The notes beneath the pieces were generated by a model. The model did no database searches and was not told the origin of the DNA. It was given only the letters and a program-made list of their open reading frames with translations. Shown one piece after another: positions 39,149 to 51,538 of a stretch of DNA of 64,000 nt; position 1 is the stretch's first letter, and every line of letters begins with the position of its first letter. Origin of the DNA: Octopus vulgaris (lineage: Eukaryota); contig OX597818.1 of assembly GCA_951406725.2 (NCBI GenBank), positions 31,806,001-31,870,000 on the forward strand, in the 5' to 3' direction. Both the position numbers and the translations under genes were made by a program.

Positions 39149-39204
39149 GCGTTAACTCTGACGAGCGGTCAACAAACTGCGAAATAGTTGGTCTGTTTAC
39201 ACGC
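39149..39204 (+). ncRNA. Type I hammerhead-like motif
   Basis: GCGTTAACT CTGACGA GCGGT caacaa ACTGC GAAA TAGTTGG TC TGTTTACACGC: intact core, 5-bp stem II, imperfect stems I and III. Confidence 0.55.
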
Positions 39205-39674
39205 TATTTTTACACACATATGTATTCTTCTATTTTAGAAATTTCAGTCATCAGATTGCAGCCAAAATGGTACATCTTATTTAAGCTTTTAAGCCGCGTG
39301 CAGTAACTCAGTACTTTCTCCAGTCTGGCACATAATTTTATGTATTCAGAGTTGTATTTATTTTCTTTCACTCAGTACCAAAGCCACAAAAAGCATATCC
39401 ATTTATATTTAGTTAACTATAAACCGCATAAACACTCACATATATTAGATATAATGCATCAAACACTCGATGCGATTATAGAACATAATTACCCGCACGA
39501 CCACTAAGTATAACCCCGCTCTTTGTTCTCTTCTGTACGCACTTTTATAAACGCTTGAACTTCGCTCTGTGCGTGCAATTGTGCGAGTGCACGCACCTCT
39601 CTTTATTTACGTTTCTTTTTCTCTCTCTCTTTCTCCATGTGCGTGTGTGTGAGTGCGTTTGTGTGTGTGTATGT

Positions 39675-40955
39675 GTGTGTGTATGTGTATGTGTATTTGT
39701 GTGTATGTGTTTGTGCATATGTGTGTGTGCATGTGTATGTGTATTTGTGTGTATGTGTTTGTGCATATATGTGTGTGTGCATGTGTATGTGTATTTGTGT
39801 GTATGTGTTTGTGCATATGTGTGTATGTGTATTCGTGTGTATCTGTTTGTGCATGTGTGTGTGTGCATGTGTATGTATGCTTGTGTGTATGTGTTTGAGC
39901 ATATGTGTGTGTGCATGTGTATATGTATTTGTGTGTATGTGTTTGTGCATATATGTGTGTGTGCATGTGTATGCGTATTTGTGTGTATGTGTTTGTGCAT
40001 ATATGTGTGTGTGCATGTGTATATGTATTTGTGTGTATCTGTTTGTGCATATATGTGTGTGTGAATGTGTATATGTATTTGTGTGTATCTGTTTGTGCAT
40101 ATATGTGTGTGTGTGCATGTGTATGTGTATTTGTGTGAATGTGTTTGTGCATATATGTGTGTGCATGTGTATGCGTATTTGTGTGTATGTGTTTGTGCAT
40201 ATGTATGTGTGCATGTGTATGCGTATTTGTGTGTATGTGTTTGTGCATATATATGTGTGTGCATGTGTATGTGTATTTGGGTGTATGTGTTTGCGCATAT
40301 ATGTGTGTGTGTATGTGTATGTGTATTTGTGTGTATGTGTTTGTGCATATATGTGTGTGTGCATGTGTATGTGTATTTGTGTGTATGTGTTTGTGCATAT
40401 ATGTGTGTGTGTGCATGTGTATGTGTATTTGTGTGAATGTGTTTGTGCATGTATGTGTGTGTGCATGTGTATGCGTATTTGTGTGTATGTGTTTGTGCAT
40501 GTGTGTGTGCATGTGTATGTGTATTTGTGTGTATGTGATTGTGCATATATGTGTGTGTGTGCATGTGTATGTGTATTTGTGTGTATGTGCTTGCGCATAT
40601 ATGTGTGTGTGTATGTGTATGCGTATTTGTGTGTATGTGTTTGTGCATATATGTGTGTGTGCATGTGTATATGTATTTGTGTGTATCTGTTTGTGCATAT
40701 ATGTGTGTGTGTGCATGTGTATGTGTATTTGTGTGAATGTGTTTGTGCATGTATGTGTGTGTGCATGTGTATGCGTATTTGTGTGTATGTGTTTGTGCAT
40801 GTGTGTGTGCATGTGTATGTGTATTTGTGTGTATGTGATTGTGCATATATGTGTGTGTGTGCATGTATATGTGTATTTGTGTGTATGTGTTTGCGCATAT
40901 ATGTGTGTGTGCATGTGTATTTGTGTGTATGTGTTTGTGCATATATGTGTGTGCA
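39675..40955. repeat. Microsatellite-derived minisatellite, ~46-52-bp monomer with ~300-bp higher-order period
   Basis: Monomer GTGTGTGCATGTGTATGTGTATTTGTGTGTATGTGTTTGTGCATATAT; 40441-40560 is identical to 40741-40860. Confidence 0.92.
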
Positions 40956-41353
40956 TATATATGCTAGCTAGAAAGTGGAACATATCATAGTTCATTAATA
41001 CAGTGGTACCATTTAAAGAGTACAACTTAATGTAATGTGATATTAATTATTTATTTCCCCATGCAGTATATAATACAAGTGTATAGAAATATACTTATTT
41101 TTTGAGTTAAAATTTCATGCGGTTAAAAATCCTATTTAATGATATTATATTCTGCAAATAGACCATCACTATTTCGAAACCTCAAGAGTGTCTTAAACGA
41201 TTTGAAATCCGTATAATTCCATCTCATGATAACTTAATCCAATAACAACAATTCGAACGAACCTCCAAATCTGCAAGAAATAGCAGACAACTACACTATG
41301 TTGATAAAAGAAGAACACAGAAGAATACAACAGATAATATCGTCGTAGATTCT

Positions 41354-41585
41354 TATTTCTTTATTGCCCACAAGGAGCTAAACATAGAGGGGACAAACAA
41401 GGACAGACAAACAGATTAAGTAGATTAGATCGACCCCAGAGCGTAACTGGTACTTAATTTATCGACCCCGAAAGGATGAAAGGCAAAGTCGACCTCGGCG
41501 GAATTTGAACTCAGAACGTAACGGCAGACGAAATACCGCTAAGCATTTCGCCCGGCGTGCTAATGTTTCTGCCATCTTACCGCCT
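41354..41585 (-). mobile_element. SINE family B monomer with 19-bp TSD, inserted in an older repeat
   Basis: TSD TAATAT(C/A)GTCGTAGATTCT at 41335-41353 and 41586-41604. Confidence 0.92.
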
Positions 41586-42030
41586 TAATATAGTCGTAGA
41601 TTCTGTTGGAAAATCGGTGTAGTCATGGTAGGAACGGCTTATATTATAGGTTTGCTGGATCAAGGCTGAGAGGGTGTCCAACAGGAATAACACCATGTAC
41701 AGATTTAACTTAAAACAAGATTGACTAATATGCTGTGGAACACGGGGCTAGATCATGAGACGGAGTAGTCACATGTTTGGGTGAGGATGAGTGTTTTCTC
41801 GGCCTAGACTGAAAATCCGGACAAGATCCACTCTCCTGCATCTGAAGTTTCGAGGCTGACTCTCTCTGTCTTTCTGTCTCTGTCTCTGTCTCTGTCTCCG
41901 TCTCTCTCTTTCTCTCGCACTCCCTTTCACACACACACGCACACACACACACACACACACACATACACACGTATGTACCTACATTAGGATCTAGTGTCTC
42001 ACTCTACCCTTAGCATCCCTTAATTCTCTG

Positions 42031-42076
<46 letters not shown>

Positions 42077-42905
42077 AACATACACACATGTATATAACAT
42101 ATACATATAAACGTTATAAGGACGTATGTATATTTAACAACATATGTAACCGAACATTGATTTACAATGACATAAATAGCAGATGTTTAAGAAAAAATGA
42201 CGGAGGGGGAGTATTTTAATAAGCAGGAAATGATTTTTAAATGATATTACTTATCCATTCTGAAAGTCTTTAGTGGTTTTGAACAAAATAAAAACAACAA
42301 CAACATAAGAACTAAGAGAAATAGATCTACTTGACTTGGTTTTTATGGGTACTTCATAATGGTGGGGCTTACGTTGGAGCTAATGATAAAATGTATGAGA
42401 AAGTATATTAATGGTATTAATGATAATAATAAACGTAATCTTGATAATAATGATATATACACTTTTATGATTTTCTTGTTATTAGAAGTTATGTGAAATA
42501 TAAGCTGACACAAACTCTTAGCCAAGCCATTAATTGTGACAACAGTCAATGGCTTCTTAATTTGCTAATATCAGTAACTAATATCAATTAAGGATGCCCG
42601 AATGCTCATACAAAATCACACACAAACATCTGTAAACACACACACGCGTGCGATATACACACGGATATATTCATACTAACGTCATACGCCCCACGCTCTG
42701 TTCGGATATACCTATTTATAAGCAAGTAAAGGAATACATACACACACAAACACACATATATAAATACATACATACATACACACACATATATATATATATA
42801 AATACATATACACACACACATATAAGCAAATGTATATGTATATATATATAAGCATATATATATATATAACATATATATATGCATATATATATATGTATAT
42901 ATATG

Positions 42906-42999
<94 letters not shown>

Positions 43000-43607
43000 T
43001 ATGAATATGTTATTTAAAAGCTTTTAATAAATATTACGTCAGTTTAACTAAATGTCTATCAAATTAACTGGAACTGTCTCTTATCCTCTTATCCAACGTC
43101 GGTGAAAACTTTGGAGTTTCCCGTGCTGGATATTAAGACTGGCCGCTGCAGAATATTTCTTTTTTTTCTTTTTCCATTTTCAAAAAAAAAAAAAAAAAAT
43201 TAGCTATCAGTTTCAATTTAGTATTTCTCTATGTCGTTTTAATGATTCAAATGAAAATACATCTATATATTTCACACACAGAGAGGCCTTATATAATTTT
43301 TATAAAAAGAAAAAAAAAGAAGATTGTCAATGACTTTCAAGATTCCGTTTCTCTGCGGTTTCTCTGCATAGTCTGGTGCGATAGATTACTTAGCAAAAAT
43401 TGTTGCATTCAATATGACCTTGGATGTGATTCAATCTCGAAATTTTTGCAGAAAATTCAGAGTTCGGTTTATGCCTTTCGCATTGTCTGATATAACGGGG
43501 GTAACCTGCCGCAAAGTTATTATAATAAGGCGTTGACATTTATACGCAGATATTAACCGAAATAGTTTTCTCTATATGAAAAATAGAATAAATTAGATAT
43601 CCATCGC

Positions 43608-43900
43608 TTATGACGGCGAGGGTTCCAGTTTATCCAATCAACGGAACAGCCTACTAGTTAATTTAGAGAGCAAGTGGCTGAGCATTCCGCAGACATGCGT
43701 ACCCTGAACATAGTTCCCAGTGAGATTCAGCGTGACACAGAATGCGACAATGCTGGCCCTTTGAATTACATATAAAACTCATTTTTGCCAGCTGAGTGAA
43801 CTGAAGCAACGTGAAATAAAACATCTTGCTCAAGGACACATCGTGCCGCCCAGAATTGAACTCACGACTGGAATATGACTTACCAATAAGCCACTGGCCC
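43608..43900 (-). mobile_element. SINE family C with long tail
   Basis: Homologous to 14069-14386. Confidence 0.85.
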
Positions 43901-44039
43901 TTACCATTTAAAAAATACATATTATGCATATGAAACAACGAATAACATAGCGATAGGTGTAGTGCATCATATGTTGGAAACAACGTGTCCTATTTCGTTA
44001 GTGTAATACATAATTTTTATTACTATTTTATGAAATGTG

Positions 44040-44275
44040 AAGGCGCGTGGCTTAGTGGTTAGGGTGTCAGAATCATAATCGAAAGATTGTGGTTTCGAGT
44101 CCTGAACTGGGCGACGCGTTGTATTCTTGGGCAAAACACATCATTTCACGTTGCTCCAGTCCACTCAGCTGGCAAAAATGAGTAACGCTGCGATGGACTG
44201 GCGTTCCGCACACCTGGGGAACACATACGCCATTGAAACCGGGCCCATGAGCCTGGCTAGGCTTTAAAAGGGTGC
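44040..44275 (+). mobile_element. SINE family C
   Basis: Homologous to 36256-36506 over its full length. Confidence 0.92.
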
Positions 44276-45295
44276 TTTTATTATTTTTTTAAAAATTGTA
44301 TGAAATACTGCTTTAGCTTAATCTCTGTGTTAATATGTTCACCAAAATTCGTGACAAGACTGGCAATTTATATTATAGGTATTGTCCATCTGGTGTCTCT
44401 ACAATATTTATTGATCATATTTTAGAAAACTACTTGTATATTGTCCAGTGTCTTTATACAACGAAATACTAATATCTGTTATAATAAAGTGGTATCGAAA
44501 CCGTGACTTCATTATTTGAAGAAAACTTCTTAAACTCTCCTTGGCAATGATCATAAATATATACAACAGGCTCTCAAGCATACTTAAACATATGTACTAC
44601 ATAGAGCGGTCGGTTGATGAACTCGGTAGTGATATATTTCGTTACGTATCGTCACGGTCATTTTCACCTATCGATTATATTTGCCAGTGATCCTACGAAG
44701 ATCGATAGAATGAAGTACTGTGGTTAAAATAAACGTGTGCCTGTGTCTTTGTAAAAACATTATTACACAATGCTGGTTAGTTTTTTTTTTTTATTTATGC
44801 ATTTCGTAGTGATTTAGAAATGTAGATTTTTGCCAATTTTTTTTTTTTGCAGATTCGTATACCCCGTAGTTGCAAAGGGGGTTTGTGTTAAAAAAAAAAA
44901 GTTTTAAAAAAGGGTTGTTTTTGGGGGGGAGGGGGGAGTCTTTCCATGTTTTTCATCAAAAATATGATTATCAAACATGGACCAAAGCAGCTGCTACAAC
45001 AAAAGCTAATGACGGCAGGATGTCGTAGGACTTGCTCTTTGGCCTGCAATAAGCGGTAGCTAAATATCCATGAAATTACACCATGCTTTCTTTGACAAAG
45101 AAGAGTCCTTTTAATAATACAAACCATTATGTCTCACTAAAAGATATGATATTTTAATGCATTTCATCATTGATCCTCTCGAGCAGAGCTGCTCTAAGCG
45201 CTTAAACACCACTACGAACTTACAACAGAGTCTTACGCAGTCATTCGACCAGCTAGTACAGAAGAGCGATACACTGCTTAATATATAACTAGTTC

Positions 45296-45714
45296 GGATC
45301 TTTTCGGTTTGAACGGCAGTTTTTCTAGCGGTGTCATATGAAATTGTCACCCATAATTATGGCCCTAGTATCGATCTATTGCATTTCAATCTGTTTTAGG
45401 GTTAGGGTTAGGGTTGGGGGGAAGGGTATCTTTTTTTCTTCACAAATGTAAATAAACCCAATCTGTTTCTTAAACGAGGGACATATTCATACGGCACAGA
45501 ATGTTTTTTTTAACTCAATAGAGGTCAGTGATTGGTTGAAACTGCAGAAATTGAAGAAAAAAACAACAAATATCTTACAAACTATAGAATTTTTTCAATA
45601 TAGCCAAGAGAAAAAGATGTTTTATAAACACATTCTACCAGAATATGAAGTTTAAAAGTGTTTAGTTACCTAGAAATTATTTTTTAAAAACTGCCGTTCA
45701 AACCGAAAAGATCC
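45296..45714 (+). mobile_element. Complete MITE: 29-bp TIRs, 8-bp TSD, internal (TTAGGG)3
   Basis: TIR GGATCTTTTCGGTTTGAACGGCAGTTTTT and its exact reverse complement at 45686-45714; TSD ACTAGTTC at 45288-45295 and 45715-45722. Confidence 0.93.
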
Positions 45715-46438
45715 ACTAGTTCCCTTATGTTTCAATAGAATATGAAGTCAGCATTTGTCCACTAAATGAGTGTTGCCGAAAGCTAAACTACAAGTTCTGA
45801 GAAAGGATTTTCTTTGCGTAAAGGAACAAATTTGAAAGCAGGATCAAAATGTCGGCTTTCATTAAATTAGCTGAGTTACAAGAGAACAATATCGAACCAA
45901 TGGAGGGACTTTAAGCTTAGTCACTCGAAAAATTATAACTAAATCTCCCTTAAATCCCACTCAAACGTAGAAGAAACTGAAAACTTGAGAAATCTGGGTT
46001 ACTGCAATCTTAAATAGTTTATGCCTCAACAGAAGATAGGATTGTTACAGATGGAAAGTTTTGTGCATTGCCGCTCGATCAGTGTTACGCAGGAGTTAAA
46101 CACAGACAACCGTAAAATATAGTCATTTGATACATCTTTGCAACAGTGAAGAACATAACTGGGTCAACTTCATCGTAATTCAGGAAACTTGTACAGGAAA
46201 ACCAATTAAGAAATTATAATCTATAGGAAATTAAAAACAGTACATATTTGGAGTTTATTCTAAAGTATAATTTTTACTTGTGGAGGAAGGAAAAAGTAGA
46301 AATATCTAGATACTTGCTGAGTTCAAAGAATTAACAAGTTGCATTACTTTACTTTTACCCGTTCTTTTTTTCTTAACTTTTCTTCCATGATGTGCCTTCG
46401 TATATGTACGTACGTTACGTACGTACGTACATACGTAC

Positions 46439-46469
<31 letters not shown>

Positions 46470-46561
46470 TGTATGTATGTATGTATGTATGTATGTATGT
46501 ATGTAGGTGTGTTGGTCGGTCGGTAAGTAGATGAGTAGGTAGACAGGTATGTACGTACAGA

Positions 46562-46792
46562 AGGCGGCGAGCTGGCAGAAGCGTTAGCACGCTGGGCGAA
46601 ATGCTCAGCGATATTTCGTCTGCCGTTACGTTCTGAGTTCAAATTCCGCCGAGGTCGACTTTGCCTTTCATCCTTTCGGGGTCGATTAAATAAGTACCTG
46701 TTACGCACTGGGGTCGATATAATCGATTTAATCCGTTTGTTTGTCCTTGTTTGTCCTCTCTGTGTTTAGCTCCTTGTGGGTAGTAAAGAAAT
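46562..46792 (+). mobile_element. SINE family B monomer with 17-bp TSD
   Basis: TSD AGGTATGTACGTACAGA at 46545-46561 and 46793-46809. Confidence 0.93.
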
Positions 46793-47314
46793 AGGTATGT
46801 ACGTACAGATGTATTTATGTATGCACACATACCTACGCATGTATGTGTGCCTATATAAATTAATAGTGTGTTAGCAGTGTTTCGTTGCTTTAAATATGCT
46901 ACAGAACACATCTATAAGCCGTTTAACCAGCGCTTGTTTGTACTGCTGTAAAATAACTGGTTGTGCAATTTATGTGCGGACATAAAAAGGGGGAAACAAG
47001 TGTATATGCATTTCGACTCCTTTTCAGCTGGTTCTAATCTTACTTTATTTTGTTTCAATTTTTGTCTGGATTGAAGAAATTTCCAAAAAGAGTCGTAATG
47101 TACATACAGTCGAAATGTACGTATACTTCGCACACATTGTATAGTCGAATTGTTTACAACCGTCATAGCACAGAATGGTGGCTAAAAAAATATAGATAGA
47201 TGTGTTCTGTTGTATAGTATTATGACTACGCATGCAGTTATGTATGTACGTACGTACATGCCTGCTTGTTTATGGCTTGTACGCATGCCTGTATGTATAT
47301 ATATATATATATAT

Positions 47315-47730
47315 ACTCTCTTTTACTCTTTTACTTGTTTCAGTCATTTGACTGCGGCCATGCTGGAGTACCGCCTTTAATCGAGCAAAACGACCCAGGG
47401 ACTTATTCTTTGTAAGCCCAGTACTTATTCTATCGGTCTCTTATGCCGAACCGCTAAGTGACGGGGACGTATAAACATCAGCACCGGTTGTCAAGCAATG
47501 CTAGGGGGACAAACACAGACACACAAACACATACACACACACATACATACATATATACATATATACGACAGGCTTCTTTCAGTTTCCCTCTACCAAATCC
47601 ACTCACAAGGCATTGGTCGGCCCGGGACTATAGCAGAAGACACTTGCCCAAGATGCCACGCAGTGGGACTGAACCCGGAACCATGTGGTTGGTTAGCAAG
47701 CTACTTACTACACAGCCACTCCTGCGCCTA
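47315..47730 (-). mobile_element. Full-length SINE family A
   Basis: Closely matches the reverse complement of 25022-25438. Confidence 0.93.
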
Positions 47731-47809
47731 TATATATATATATATATATATACCGCTATATATATATGAAAAAGCATAACGAAAATGCGACTTTCTTAAA
47801 ATTGGGTGC

Positions 47810-47879
47810 CACTATAGCCTCGCGCCGACCAAAGCCTTGTGAATGGATTTCGTAGACGGAAACTGAAAGAAGCCCAAAG

Positions 47880-47925
<46 letters not shown>

Positions 47926-48052
47926 TGTATGTATGTATGTATATATTTGTGTGCTTGTGTTTGTCCCCCCAACATCGCTTGACAACCGATGCTGGTGTGT
48001 TTACGTCCCCGCAACGGCCGCAGTCAAATGACTGAAACAAATAAAAGAATAA
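47810..48052 (+). mobile_element. Truncated, internally deleted SINE family A
   Basis: CTATAGCCTCGCGCCGACCAAAGCC...GGCCGCAGTCAAATGACTGAAACAA. Confidence 0.87.
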
Positions 48053-48734
48053 ACGAAAATGCACGCAAATAAAATCAATGAATTAACACAATATATTGCT
48101 TTTGAATTCTATAAAATTTTACAAACCGTTATGACTAAAGGCTTGGTAGGAAAAAAAACTTGATAGTGAATAATTGATAATATTCAGACAAGAAAACAAT
48201 ATGTTTATAATATATTTGATATTTTTATAAAGGAAAATTTACTTTCTGATAATAAGATACCTAATAATGTTGAATAATTAGATATTTTGGTATCCTTCCT
48301 AATGGAGTATTGATGAAATCAAATTGTTTGGGAGACACGAAGAAAAGCTGTATAGTTAGATGAAATAATAGAATTTTAAATTTATTTAAATGATTTATAT
48401 GACTGTGTCAAAATGGCATTTAATTGAAAAAAATTTTTCCCGTTGTGGAAGCATCGTAGAAAACTGCAAAAAAGAGATAAAAAATGAAAACAATTACAAT
48501 ATGTTTTGTAGGGAACGGCTTTACGTTGAAGAATATTATTTGTGGATTTTAAAGGAGCAAGTTTAACAATTGAACACAAATCATACTTTATAACTATCAA
48601 TTTGTTAACGAAACAAACTTCAGGAAACCTCGTTACCATATGTCAAGTCACGGATGAGAAGTCACCGATCCGCTTTAGATACCAAAGTTCGGGTATCCCA
48701 AACAACAGAAGACGTCAAGTTTTAATGAATGGAT

Positions 48735-48982
48735 CAGTGGTTGTCAACCAGTATCCACATGACCTTTTAGGTGTCCCTATAAGATGTTAAAATTTATGTA
48801 AAATAAATTGGTTATAGCTCAACAATGCACAAAATATTTTAACATTTTTTATACAATTCTTAATAATCTTTAATTTTAAAAATATAACAGGATTCTTGAA
48901 ATACCAAATGGTTATGAGGGCCCACCCGAGTAAAACAGGAATTAAGGGGATCTACAAGACAAAAAATGGTTGAGAGCCACTG
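48735..48982. mobile_element. hAT (Charlie/MER5-like) MITE
   Basis: TIRs CAGTGGTTGTCAACCA / TGGTTGAGAGCCACTG; degenerate 8-bp TSD GAATGGAT / GAATAGCT. Confidence 0.75.
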
Positions 48983-49019
48983 GAATAGCTGTATATCAAT
49001 AACTCGTTATTAGTATTAT

Positions 49020-49147
49020 TCTCTCTTTTACTCTTTTACTTGTTTCAGTCATTTGACTGCGGCCATGCTGGAGCACCACCTTTAGTCGAGCAAATCGACC
49101 CCAGGACTTATTCTTTTCTGTACTACTACTACTTCTACTACTACTAC

Positions 49148-49202
<55 letters not shown>

Positions 49203-49244
49203 ACTACTGCTTCTACTACAACTACTGCTTCAACTACTGCTTCA

Positions 49245-49297
<53 letters not shown>

Positions 49298-49518
49298 ATA
49301 TTCCTTTATTGCCCACAATGGGCTAAACATAGAAGGGACAAACAAAGGGGTTAAGTCGATTACATCGATCCCAGTGCGTAACTGGTACTTCATTTATCGA
49401 CCCCGATAGGATGAAAGGCAAAGTCGACCTCGGCGGAATTTGAACTCAGAACGTAACGGCAGACGAAATACGGCTACGCATTTCGCCCGGCGTGCTAACG
49501 TTTCTGCCAGCTCGCCGG
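49020..49518 (-). mobile_element. SINE A tail (49020-49115), (CTA)n/(CTG)n tract, SINE B monomer (49300-49518)
   Basis: Both SINE parts match other copies in the window; trinucleotide tract at 49121-49298. Confidence 0.88.
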
Positions 49519-50023
49519 TAGTAGTAGTAGTAGTAATACTACTACTATTACTACCACTGAACAAAATCTGTTTGGATTCGTCATTTTGTTTGTGCCCATC
49601 TCTCGCCAAATATTTTCATTCTATTTTAATTTTTAATTGTTTTCCTGTGGAAAGAAATTCATACTCAGTTCTCCGTGACCTGCGAAATCGATACCCTTTA
49701 AAGCTCCAGTGAAGGAGAACTACCTATAATTCATTGAACAAATCACTATCTCCTGCCAAAGGACATCTTCTACGCATCATTGCATCTCTTCCAAAATTAC
49801 TCATCCCAAACGAAAAGAACTCGTTCGTGAAAAGCTTAGCCTGAACAGATCGGTTGAAGTAACAATGTTCATGTTCACAAATAAATGATGACGTTAAACA
49901 CGATGTCCAAAAGGTGCGGTATACGAAAACGCGACAGCCGAGAATAATGAGTTGCGGTCACCCTCAGTAAATGGTAAAATATAAATAAAAAATAAAAACT
50001 CATCACTAGATATAGTTTTTATG

Positions 50024-50260
50024 TTTACATATAAAATCCGTTCTGTCTGTCTGTGTGTGTGTCTTCTAGGATGTCGGGCATCCTCCATCCGATTACGCTC
50101 AAATTTGATGTGTAGATACCGACAGTATCAGGGCGTGTATAAGTCTTGAAAAAAATTACTAAATCGATTCCAGGTGAGAATGCGATCGATAAAGCCGTGG
50201 GAACGTGCATTTGTACGCGCAAGTACATCAGCTGTTGCGATGTACCTACTGGTACTTTAA
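50024..50260 (+). mobile_element. 5' portion of a non-autonomous Helitron-like (DINE/Lep1-type) element
   Basis: TATAAAA...TCTGTCTGTCTGTGTGTG...CCGATT...CAAATTTG layout typical of such 5' ends; 3' extent uncertain. Confidence 0.45.
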
Positions 50261-50624
50261 ACTCTTCGGTTGCATATCTGTGTGAATAAAATCGTTTTTT
50301 TTTAATAGAATAAAGGCTATCTTCATTTCTTCTTTTGCTGGTGTCTCAAATTTTGGTTAAATCAGCCTATGAGATGGTCGAACAAACTGTTTTGAGAACA
50401 TTTGATTTAAATGTTTGACAACTCAGCACCGTCCATTGGACGGGGGCGTTTTGCCCGTATTTAGATAAATTCGTATTTCGTGAACTGACAAGATTTTAAA
50501 CATTTCCCAAAAGATCTATAATCTGGTCTCTTCACGCAACGGTTATTGCGATATCTTTCTCTTGTGAGATATCTCAAAAATCTTTAAATATGTATACACA
50601 TATGAACTTATGTATGTAAATATG

Positions 50625-50676
<52 letters not shown>

Positions 50677-51011
50677 AAATTACGTGTATACTTATACATA
50701 TGTGTATATATTTGTATATTGTATATATTTTCGGGAGAAACGAAGGCAATGTTCCTTTGTTTATATACAAGTCATGAGTGTCTTCAAAATGTCTAAGATG
50801 ATGATAGATTAAAGTAAAATAAAGCTGAATATTTACGCTTTAATAGTTAAAAAATATTCGTCTAGCGCTTGAGTATGCTTCTGCTTCCAGTTTGCCTTTC
50901 TTCTACTTTTGCTTCTATATCAACTAAGGAACAATTCTTGTAACTAACCTGTTTATTAGTACCAATATACTATTCAGTACACTACCAAAAGCATTTCATT
51001 CACCTCCACAC

Positions 51012-51097
<86 letters not shown>

Positions 51098-51099
<2 letters not shown>

Positions 51100-51488
51100 T
51101 AAATTAGAATACCACTATATATATATATATTAAATTAGAAAATTATTTAAAAAATATAATTAATATATCACTACGACCACTAAATTAGGCAAATCATACA
51201 ATGAAAAACAATTAAGCCAATACATAAGATTATTTAATTTATATTATTTAAATATATAACAAAATTATTATAAAATATAATTAATATATCACTACGATCG
51301 TTTCATGGCTGTTAATTTCTTTAAATTTTCAAGTCCGTCATTCATCAGGTGGTTTAAATATTTATCTTGGCGAGGTTTAAACAATTTAAATTTGTCTCTA
51401 ATTTAATATAATATAATATTTTACTATAAAATTGGATTCAATCCTAAATCTGATTTTTCCCTGTAAGTTTGGATTTATTCCCTAATAT

Positions 51489-51490
<2 letters not shown>
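51098..51490 (-). mobile_element. TA-embedded non-coding element carrying a hammerhead motif; putative Penelope-like/retrozyme-like
   Basis: Minus strand begins TTAGGGAATAAATCCAAACTTACAGGG; (TA)n on both sides; relatives at 15834 and 34584. Confidence 0.65.
51288..51353 (-). ncRNA. Type I hammerhead ribozyme-like motif with palindromic stem III
   Basis: ACCAC CTGATGA ATGACGG...CAGCCAT GAAA CGATCG TA GTGAT: intact CUGAUGA/GAAA core, GUA site, stem I 4/5 paired, stem II 5/7 paired. Confidence 0.65.

Positions 51491-51538
<48 letters not shown>

Noticed and set aside
39545-41025. ORFs of 430-470 aa on both strands
   Set aside because: Translations of a stop-free TG/TA minisatellite (H/T/Y/I and C/V/M/Y repeats), open in several frames at once.
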